Origin: Paraglomus brasilianum
Lineage: Eukaryota
Direction: 5' to 3'
DNA length: 38,357 nt
NCBI GenBank assembly: GCA_910592345.1
Contig: CAJVPI010000259.1
Location: forward strand, 1 to 38,357
Shown here: in pieces, positions 1 through 10,453 of the stretch
Layout of the letters: every line of letters starts with the position of its first letter
Position numbering within the stretch: position 1 is the stretch's first letter
Notes under the pieces: model-generated
What the model was told of the DNA's origin: nothing
Databases searched by the model: none
What the model saw: only the letters and a program-made list of their open reading frames with translations
Program-made: the position numbers and the translations under genes

Positions 1-120
1 CCGCTGATCGATTTGTGCTGCGGCACCGTCGGAGGAACGCAGAAATAAAGGAGAGAATACTTCACCGTTTATAGCGTAGCGTCACACTGGTCAGTCCATT
101 GATGAAAAGGGTGAAGTTAG

Positions 121-971
121 TATGTAGGGAATATGATGATACAAAAAATTAAACAAAAAATGAATGGATGAGGGCAAATTAAGAATGGCAGTAGTAGTAG
201 AGGGGAATGAGCCAAGAATTGTAAATTAAAATATAAAGGAGTTTGATTTGATAACATTACCATTGAAGAAATGCTAGATGGATTTCTTGCAAGTTCTAAT
301 ACTAATGAATTAGGCTCTGCTTACTCTGAATATATTTCAAACTGAAGCAAAAAGGGTTATCAACTTACTGAACAAGGAGAGAATTTGAGAAGAAATTAGA
401 AGATTTAGAAAAGAGCAAAGACCAAAGAATTAAGGAACTAGAAAGAGTTCATTTAGTGGGCAAGCAACTTCAAGAACTGCCATCCTTGCCAAAAAAAAAT
501 TCAACACCTACATTTTACAAAAGGATAAATAATCTCTTATAATACAGGCAATAATGATTATAATGATATTGCTTATATCTGTGTTGAATGCAGAAAAGAC
601 CTTGATAATGATACTCTACCCCATTGTAATGATTGTGGTTGAATTAAGAGAAATATAATAGATTGCTTCTGTGATTTAAGGAAAGATGAACCACCAGTTA
701 AAACTCCAACCATAACAGAAATAATAGAACAGAGTTATGTGAGTAGATTGGAACAACAAAATAAAGACTTGAAACAGCAACTAACTAATGCTAAGGAAGA
801 AATTAATTCTCACTTGGAAGCCTTAGAAGTTTCAAAGGATTGGCATAGTAAGCAAAGGCAAGAATTGTTAGATAAAATTCAAAGACTTGAAAGTGAGGTT
901 GAATTTTAAGAAAACAGCAAACTCAACACATTGCTCAAATTGAAGTTAAAGATGACCTTGATTGAAATTAA
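121..971 (+). pseudogene. Decayed intronless ORFs readable with genetic code 4 (UGA=Trp); probable Mollicutes-related endobacterium (MRE)-derived DNA
   Basis: Frame 121-396 has four in-frame TGA (169, 208, 244, 343; contexts NGWGQ, GEWAK, GVWFD, SNWSK) and no TAA/TAG. Frame 529-906 has one TGA (640, CNDCGWIK), CxxC..CxxC motifs and a coiled coil; after a frameshift it ends QQTQHIAQIEVKDDLDWN*. No CpG found by eye between about 82 and 1236. Confidence 0.55.
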
Positions 972-1079
972 GGAAGTAATTTCAAGATTAGTAAATTTAC
1001 TAAGTATTTTTTCTTTATCTAGATATTCCTGGATTATTGATTTTAACTTATTTTAATATTAATTAAGGTAAACATTTAT

Positions 1080-1980
1080 GCTAGTTTGAATAAAAATAAA
1101 GTTAAATTTCAGTCATATTTGCCATAACAAAAACTAATAGTCTCTAACTTATGTCTGAGCTGCAGCTATGCCACTAATACTAAAGCAAAACCATCATCAG
1201 TCACTGGTTAATTTTCAGCCACACCCACTTTTAACTCGCATAGTCAAATGTTTGCATGCCCCATATTATTAAAATACACTATATGATGAGATTTCTTTTT
1301 TGCATATATCTTGTTATAGTTAATAGTGTAGAAACTTGTTGGATTTTGTGTCTCCACTATAAAGAGAGCCACTGTGTACCTATTTTCATCTATCCATTGA
1401 GAGAAAGTTTGATATACTGCAATATTGACACCAGTCTTTCCTTTCTTGGTCTCTTCCTTTCTATGTTAACCATTATATCAGGGCAACTTTTTACTGAACG
1501 AGAGCTTGCCAGCACGTTCTGCCCATTCCTTCTGTTTATCGGAGTCTGACCAAAAGCACAACCAACGCAGCGTTGCGAAAAGTGCCCAATGAACCAGTAG
1601 AACTCTGGGAAACGTTTCTAGACGACGCATTCGCCGCGTCATTCAAAATTGATCAACAAACGCGTTGCTTTTCCTCACCTATCGTCCAAGGTCAGTGGGT
1701 GCTCGGCAACTATTCTTGAGAACCATGGAAGCAACTAATAATCAAAGATTGCGCAATCTGCTGAGACCGGAACTTTGGGTTTTACCTTCCTTGTGCGCAG
1801 TGACAAAAGTCTGTCCAGACGTTATTCGCTGTAGCGCCAATAACCGTGAAGAGCTCGAGCAAGGGATCAGCTTCTGGTTAGTTGCAGTAGGCGAAGTCAA
1901 ACACGAATTGCTGATTGGTAATGTGAATGGAGCTACACACTGCATATAACATGGCAATAACAGCAGATGATGATGGCACG
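1080..1980 (-). pseudogene. Unidentified decayed coding sequence, possibly transposon-derived
   Basis: Minus-strand frames read protein-like with scattered stops (KQKEWAERAGKLSFSKKLP*...VYQTFSQWIDENRYTVALFIVETQNP...; LLELFTVIGATANNVWTDFCHC). No family recognised. Confidence 0.25.
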
Positions 1981-1986
1981 GATACC

Positions 1987-2642
1987 TACAGGGGGTATCA
2001 AAAGTATTGCACGGTCGAAATTAAAATTGTTAATATGGACTTGCCCATGTGATTCTTATATATATTACTTAAATGGGTTGTTGTTTATTGTTTTGATTTA
2101 ATCTTACGGATCGTAAAAACGCGGTTTAAAAATTTCTATCATTTTCAATTTTTCGCGCAATGGGTCTTGGTAAAGAATTAACTTCTGCACAAAAGGAAAG
2201 TATCATTGCGGCCAAAAATTAGGCCACAATAATACAGAAATTGCAAAAGTTGTAGGATGTCATCGAACGACAATTGCAAGATACAGTATCTTGCAGCTTA
2301 TGAATCAGGGAAAACGATCAGGTCGATCGACAGTCAAAAAAGGCAAAGATTGAAGAAATCTAGCAGAAATTGCTAATATTAATATATATTCTGCTAAATC
2401 AACAAACAAATATCTGTATTAACAATTCTTCGAGGAAAATTTACATTCTTGTATTCCTCGAAAAAAACCTTTAATTTCAGCAATCAGCAAATCCAAATGA
2501 CTTGCTTGGGCAATAGAAAGAAGACACTGGACTTTAGAAGATAGTCTGGACAAATGAGTCTACGTTTTCACAGTTTCAAAAATCTGGTTGGGGAAGAGTG
2601 TGGAAAGAGGAATTTCATGAAGATTGCATTGCATCAACGGTA
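1987..2642 (+). mobile_element. Tc1/mariner DNA transposon relic (left end plus truncated, frameshifted transposase)
   Basis: TA at 1987-1988 followed by a Tc1-like end CAGGGGGTATCAAAAGTATTGCAC. ATG at 2160 gives MGLGKELTSAQKESIIAA..GHNNTEIAKVVGCHRTTIARY (HTH). Later HSCIPRKKPLIS..LAWAIERRHWTLED..WTNESTFSQF..GRVW..EFHEDCIASTV matches the Tc1 RKKP..WT..WSDES (first catalytic Asp) region. Right end not seen. Confidence 0.85.
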
Positions 2643-4025
2643 ACATTCTCCAGGAATACCTAACGTCCAACCACAGTTTACGCGTAGAGTATAAGAAGTA
2701 AAAGTTTGGTTCACGCACTCGGAAAAAAAGCTTGCCGGCGTCGGCACCAAAAACGGTAATACAAAAGCGAAGCCAGCAGCATGCATTAGTACTCCCGTCT
2801 CAAAGTTACCGGAATATTGGCATAACGAGCAATGCAATCACAGTGAAATTAATAATTAATTTAGCGCACCTTATAGATAATATATACACAAATTGCAATA
2901 TGTTATATAGTAAAATCACGAATTTACCTAGAGCCGGCTTTTATTCTATTAAAAACGCTAAAATCAGGTTCTGCAACTCGAACAAAACGTTTAAAAATTA
3001 AATCCACACATAACTTTGCACGAATACATCTCAGCTATTCGAATATAATTCCCAAATCATCTAGCAGAGGTTACTGGTTTGGGATTACGGTTTGGAAGTC
3101 TTGGTTGTTTGTTATTGGATCATAGATCAAAAGAAAAATTAAAAGAGCAATTGCTATAGCAAGATATTCAGAAATGAACGAAACAAAACCACCTAGTGAA
3201 GTAGTCGGTCGATGCGTTTGCAAACTATTAGAGATGGCCATTTCATTTCCCTCCATTATGCACCAACGTAAGTTTATTAAAAGCAACACCATCTGCCTAA
3301 TAATCAATGCTTTCTCTCCATGCCCTTCGCTCCCCATACAACACTCTACTATAATTCCTTCTTTAAATCGGCGCGTTTCAGCTTTACGTCCCTGCTTCCA
3401 TCTCGTGATCTGATTATCTACCAATTGAGTACAATTGAGTAGAAGACAGATAAGTCTGTTGCGAATGACGGTGGATTGGTCATGGTGGTAAGTTGTTGTA
3501 AGTAGTGGTTATAGAGTGAAATGATCTGTTAAAACATTTGATAAGAGTACGGGAAGTAATATCATCGTAGAGTGGGTATGTGAGTAATAGTCACTCGATA
3601 CAGTAAATTGAATTGTTTAATACACTACGACAATCACAAAAGCTGCTGATATATTTTTAAACAGGTTCTGGGACAATTATAAAGAAGAATGGAAGGACAA
3701 AACCGCTCAAAAATATTCTTAAGCAACGTTGAAAAGTTACAAGAAAAGCGCCTTTGGACAAGATATTTTGAAGTACCTTCCTTTCGCTATCTTATATGAT
3801 ACATTACCACACCTAACGGAAGAATATCTTAGGGTTTATGTAAAAAAAGTGGCTTGCTTTCGGGTATAAGTAAAGTCAGCGCAAAGTTGAATGTTGTGGG
3901 CATATAACGAAAGTGTGCAAACACAGGATAAACAATTTCCCGATATTTCCGTGGCGCATGATGGCGCATGATGGCGTTAACAATCGTCGGTGCACATCGC
4001 GTACGAGTTTCATCATTTCACTTCG

Positions 4026-7000
4026 ATGGATGCAATCGATAATGAACAGGAATTAGAAAGCATAAAAGGCTTTCTGCGGCGTTCGGTGCATGAGTGTTCC
4101 CAAAGGGGCTTATATTTTGCCGCTAAATGGTAATGACGAATTGTAGTGGATAGAATTCGAAAGGCGAGAATTAAGTTATAATTTAATTGAAGAATTAACC
4201 TAGTTCAGATGTAAATTTGTTCACCGTGCGTGTTTGATTCCTTATCCGCGTTATTAACCAATTTCTATTATCTGTTCATCTGTTACCTTTCCTTAAAGAC
4301 ATCATTATTAATTCCTAACTTACTACAAATTTAGGGCCGCCCAAACATTAGCATCTCTTCCAAAAATTACCACAACAACTACAGCCGCAACATCGTCATC
4401 ATCGCTACCATTATCCAGCTCTTATCCATCGCACTCCAATGCGGATGAAGAAGAACAAGATAAATACCTGCTGGCGAAAACATATTTCGATGTCAAAGAG
4501 TTCGACAGAGCTGCTTATGTCTTGAATGGTTGTGTGGGCGTCAAGCAGAGGTTTCTGAGAGTTTATGCAAAGTATTTGGCTGGAGAAAAACGGAAAGAGG
4601 AGGATAACCACGATATCATGAGTGAGTAAGTGTGGGAAGGGAACCGAACTGTAGGTAGCGTAAGAGAAAATGAATTGGCGGCCGAGATGGTAGTGATGAA
4701 GGCGTTAGAAGGATAATAGGGGTGAGAGACAGAATTGTAGAGTGTTTTATGATCTAAAGATTGCCTTATTTACTAATAATATTGATAATTATGTCGTTGC
4801 TAATCGTTCATAACTAATGCTTGCCTTTGCTTGAACATCAAGGTCCGCTTGATGATCCAAAAGCTGTTAATAAAGAACTACTTGAACTTCTTGATGAACT
4901 TGAAACCTGGTACAACAACGGAGAAATGGATGGCTTTCTATTGTACATGTGAGTTAAGTGGAAGGAGAAAAAGATTGTAATAACCCACCTTCAATTGAAT
5001 CAAATTACGTGTTAATCAACCTTTTCTTGTAACCTAACCAATCACGGCTTTTTCTTCGCAAATCCAGCTATGGTGTAATCCTTCGTCAACGCTGTGCACA
5101 ATCAAAAGCAACAGAAGTCCTCTTAAAATCGATTAATGCATACCCATACAACTGGAGTGCATGGGTTGAGCTTGTGGGAACATTTGCTAACCAGAGTGCG
5201 GTATTGTTTTAATGATTTAATGAGGAGAGAAAGAAAGATTGGGACTTTAAAGAGAATTGTTGTTTGAATGAAATGATAGTGAATGTGTTGGATTTAGCTT
5301 AGGATAGCGTGATATTTAATATGAATCTAAGGATAGGAATAACCATAGCATAGTCTGTATGATTCCCGACTTACAATTTTACCCTCTCCTCCCCTTATTC
5401 TTGATCCACAAGGCAAAACACATAAGTACCCACCTCCCACAGTCATTCATGACCAAATTTTTCCAATTATATTGTGCCGTGGAATTGCACGATAATGCCA
5501 AGAATTTTAATCAGATGACTGAAGAAGTGCCCAAGGTGTTTGAAAATAATAACTTTGTTAAGACGCAGAAAGCTATTTATGCTTATCATAATCAAAGTTA
5601 GTGAAAGGGATAGAAAAAGAGAGGAAAAAAAAAGGTGGGTGGTGGGTGAAATATCAAGTGGTGTATTAATTTCTCTTTCAAACTCTCGTCCATTCTGAAA
5701 TCGCACAGATTATGCAGAAGCAGAGCAAGAATTCGACTCTCTCATTGAATCAGATCCATATAGGCTGGATGATATGGATATATTCTCAAATGTGCTGTAT
5801 GTAATGGAGAAGAAAGCCAAATTAAGTTATTTAGCACATATGAGTTCTGCTACGGATAAATATCGATCGGAAACCATGTGTATTGTTGGTAAGATATAAG
5901 AATCGATGAGGGAGGGTGAGCCAAGAAAATTATGAGAGAATAGAACATAGTACGCATTTATATCATAAGCTATTGCATGATTGGCATAAATCTGTATTCA
6001 CCAACCCCCCAATTTTGAAAATCTTAGGAAATTACTACAGCTTAAAATTCGAACGCGAGAAGGCAATTTCTTACTTCAAACGCGCCCTACAGGTTAACCG
6101 TAACTGCTTGACCGCATGGACACTGATGGGACATGAATACGTTGAACTGAAGAACACGCACGCTGCTGTTGTTGCCTATAAGCGGGCTCTTGGTAAGAGT
6201 TTTTTCGAGGGGATAAAGGAGTATATTTGTGTGAGTTGAAAAGGAAAACTGGTTATTTTGAAGTCATTATTGTTGTAGTGATCGCTATCACAATCAATGT
6301 CAGTCTTTGTTTAATTTCGCGTCCATCCATATTTAATTTCTCCTCCCTTTCCTAGAGGTTAATCCTCGTGACTATCGTGCATGGTTTGGATTGGGACAGA
6401 CATATGAATGCTTACAGATGCCGTTTTATGCAATGTATTATTACCAACGCGCTGTCGTCCTGCGGTAATGTGGTTGACGTGAATTATTGTGGTTGCAAGA
6501 ATGAATAGTAGTCAAAATAGTAGATGCTTTTTTTTATTGATACGCGTAATATTCTTAATTACAGCAAATATGTCTAGTCTAATCGCTCTTTCCGTTTCGT
6601 CGATTTACTTACATTCCTCTCACTGATTTATTATTCTTATATCTTTTCCTCTGACCCTTCTTCTTCTCAATGCTCTACAGTCCATCCGATGCACGGATGT
6701 GGGGTGCTCTAGCAGCTCTATATGAAAAACAATCTCTCCAAGTAGAGGCAATAAAATGTTATCAACGTGTGCTAGGCTGTACCGACAATGACATAGAGTC
6801 GTCTACCGCGGCTATTATAAAGTTGGCGCGATTGTACGAGACATTGAATCGGGATAAGGCAGCTAATTATTTTGAAATGGTGTTACAGCAGAAGGCCCGG
6901 GAAGTAGCTGTACGTAGGGTGTTGGGTTTTGGAAGAATGAGGAATAGCGATTTTAAGAGGGTGTTTAGATTTGGACTGAGAAGATTGAATATTGACGCAA

Positions 7001-7369
7001 CTATATTAACGACAAATTTAGGCGATCGATTCAGATGAAGCCAAACATGCGCATATATTCTTGGCATATTACAAAAGCGACAAGGGCGATATAGCAGCAG
7101 CAACTTTACACGCCCAAGAAATGATGGAATATGGTGATGCGGTAATGTCGATGAATTTTTATTTGTTTATTTAGAATTGCACTAATGGTGTGGTTTAGTT
7201 TTTGCATTGTCCGAATTTGTTAGAAAATTTTGTAAAACAAGGGGCCTATGTATCTGGTATACTCACAATACATCTTACGATTGAACTTTGATTGAAATAG
7301 GCAAAGGAAGAAGCAAGAAAACTAATGAGCGAATTGAACACACGACAAAATGCTCTCCAATTTACTTAA
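4026..7369 (+). CDS. CDC23: Anaphase-promoting complex subunit 8 (Cdc23/Cut23), TPR protein, 11 exons
   Basis: Spliced model, approximately 4026-4129, 4335-4621, 4843-4948, 5068-5200, 5413-5596, 5709-5888, 6028-6192, 6357-6464, 6681-6910, 7023-7141, 7301-7369. Motifs [109 protein letters not shown]. Confidence 0.95.
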
Positions 7370-7858
7370 TATCCATTTTCTGTCAGCTTGTCAGTGTTTG
7401 ACCAATTAAAATAAAATTGCAATGTCCTTATTATATGAATTCAGAAGTTTTTATTCGGATCTTGTACGGATATTCGGACAATGTTATTATTCTACTAACT
7501 AATACATTGCTGTAGGAAGCACAAATTAGTCGTGTATACATAGAATATCATAATGGCTGATCCTCGTTTGTGCTGTAACAGGAAAGTATTGAATAGAATG
7601 CTTTACATTCTGTATCATCCCCAATAATACGTGTACTATTGACCTATCAGGAAGAAAGTTTATAATTAATTTCATCGCAAATTTGATATTCATTTCCGAA
7701 TAATTGTCTATAAATTGACAAGATTCGTGCGAATCAATTTGCATATATATTTAGGTAAGGGCATGCACTCCTTTCGATATACGCGGGCCTATTTTAGGTA
7801 ATAATTATTTGAGCCTTTCGTATGCAAAGCCTCTTTCCTAATATATAAAGTCTCCTAA

Positions 7859-8442
7859 TCGAAATAAATACATTTTACGTTGATGAGATCACGTCTCGCT
7901 TATTGGTGTAATATCTGTGCCTATTTCGAATTGGGTCAAATTGCGATTTGGGGTCAAACGACTAGATGACTACAGTAGTGTTCGCTTATGGAAATCATAT
8001 TGGAAAATATGATATTATGATTCTTGGAAATTTTGGTACAGCATTGACTTGTGAAGAGTGGTATGCATTAGTATTTGTCAAGCCCTAAACTAAATAATTT
8101 AGAGAGGTTCATATATAGCCGATATTTAGGGTGTGTTGGAATTTACATATTTAGTGTACAACTGAATACCATATTTGGACATGAATATTTAGACCTATTA
8201 CTATGGGAAGAATGTGTCACAACCGCAATGCTTTATTTATTTTATTCACCGCTAGTCGAAAACATGATTTTCATTTAGGCCAAGGCTTTGGACATTCAAG
8301 TTATTAAGGAATCAGAAAGTGAAAAGTTCATGTTCTGACACAAATCGCAATCTGACCCAAATCAGGTTGACCTAGTTCAAATCAAACGCATTTATTTCGA
8401 TAACATCACATAACAATTAGACGTTCGCTTATTGGTGTGATA
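7859..8442. repeat. MITE-like or foldback non-coding element with nested inverted repeats and a direct repeat
   Basis: Inverted pair 7931-7956 (TTGGGTCAAATTGCGATTTGGGGTCA) and 8336-8360 (TGACACAAATCGCAATCTGACCCAA). Outer inverted pair TCGAAATAAAT (7859) and ATTTATTTCGA (ending 8400). Direct repeat CGCTTATTGGTGT(A/G)ATA at 7897 and 8426. Confidence 0.5.
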
Positions 8443-9203
8443 AAGCAGAGAACTATCTTTAAGCAAAAGTTTGAACTGATCGGCGAATGATCGGCAAAAA
8501 CTTCTGGCACTATCTATCGCTTATTATATTATGTTTGTCATACTACTGATATCAAACCCCGAGAATAGTATATAAAAAACACACAAATAGTCTTAAATTT
8601 ACCGTCCATTGTCTCATCAATGGTAACAATATTATGGTCAAGAATAAAGATTATATGCATAGTAATAGTGTTTTCTTTAGCCGTTTTACCTTCCGAATAT
8701 TCTCGAAAAAACGGCCTGGCAGCGTTGATTAGTAACCCAATATGCGCACATGGTATGAAGACGCCCCCATACATAAATGACATAAAACTTATTATAGTTT
8801 AGCTACTCATGCTGAGCCCGGTATGGGCCCCAAGTGAGGCTCATATCATGATAACACCCGGGAGGATTAAACCTTGTACTAAGTAGACAATCATTCTATG
8901 TGGGCATTCACTATGAAGTACATGCAGTCGTAAACACCAATTCCAACTTTAGTGTTGCTTACTAATAAACACCATGTCTCTCTCTATAAATAATTACCTT
9001 GGATGAATGTTCTTGAATATTGCTGCTAAAAGAAATAACCGAAACCCGATCGAACACACACATCGAGAACTTGTAATACCTATTCAGATGGCGCAGCAAT
9101 ACGAATGAATACGTAATTGCTTGCGAAAATTTTATATAAGGGACCTTTAGCCTTCTTTTTAACGACACAAAAAAATTTCACACCATAGCTTACAACACTA
9201 AAC

Positions 9204-10453
9204 ATGCTAGACTATGACAATTACATGAAGACCGTTGCCGATAAGGTCAAAAATTTGTCTGCAGCTCAAAGGGACGAACTGCATGTAACAGCTGGCGAAG
9301 TCACTAACCTTGACGGCGCCAAGCGGAGAAAGAGATGGCCTTCAAGAAGTACCGAAACTTCCAAAGTTAGATATTGTTTTGCTTTGTTTGCCTTAAAGAC
9401 AAAGGTTGCCGGAAGCAGAACCAAGGATATAAATAAATTTCTTGTACAAGTATATGTCAACAAGATAATTCTTGGTCACTGTTCGAATATACTGAGAGAG
9501 TTGGTATTTAATACTTTGTAATGTTAGCATTTCAATAAGGTTTTCTTATTTATATTTGTTGATGATGTGCTTCTGTAGATATGGAATACTGAGTGACCGT
9601 TCATGGTATTTAATAACAGAATATCCTGAATATGGGAATCTCTGCGAATTTCTGAAGAACGAGAAAAATGCATCGCTCTTAAGCTGGGAATGGAAAACTA
9701 GACAAGCATGTAATATAGCGCAAGCGCTTTCTTTTTGTCATAGCAGAAATATTTTACATCAAGATGTCCGAAGGTAATTTAATGTCATCAGGACGACAAC
9801 GATGATGACTTTTTGCGACACATGGCGATGTTTTATAGAGCATTCATTTGTGCTTCTGTTTCTGACCCTCACTTACAAAAAAAAATTTTCTTTTATAGTC
9901 CAAATGTAGTTATTAATCAATTTATGACGGCAAAGTTGACAAATTTCGGTTTTCAAACTATAATTCATGACAACAAATGCGTATATGAAGAGGGGAACCA
10001 GAAAATTAGATGGTTAGCCCCCGAAAAACTCAAGGACAACAGAGTACCATACTCTAGGGAGACAGATGTATACAGGTAATAAGTCGTTGGTGTTAGAAAC
10101 GAAACGTTATCCACCATCGTACTTGCTATGTAGTGGAGACCGACCTGTTATGTGCATAGGCTTGTCGCTGCTTGTTGATGATGCTCTTTAACTCAATTGC
10201 CTTAGTACTGACTCTTTTCATTTACTTTCCATATAGCTTTGGTATATTATTATGGGAAATATCGGCCCATAAGATACCGTACGAGAACGTCCTGGACCCT
10301 AGCAGAGTGAAAAAAATAGTAGGGGAGGAAAAACGACCTGAAATTGACCCCGACACACCCTCAAACTTTGAGAAAATAATGACATCCTGTTGGAGACAGA
10401 ATCCGAGTGATCGTCCGAAGATGGAAACGGTGTGGGAATCATTAGGAAGCTAA
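9204..10453 (+). CDS. Stand-alone TKL-type kinase-fold protein, predicted pseudokinase (~294 aa, 4 exons)
   Basis: Exons 9204-9499, 9579-9773, 9899-10075, 10237-10453 splice in frame. Motifs FALK, LITEYPEYGNL, ILHQDVRSPNV, AKLTNFG, RWLAPE, TDVYSFGILLWEI, CWRQNPSDRP. No GxGxxG loop; DFG replaced by NFG. Confidence 0.85.

Noticed and set aside
3071..3424. 117-aa minus-strand ORF as a real protein
   Set aside because: It has a non-ATG start and most of it coincides with intron-like sequence; no recognisable domain.
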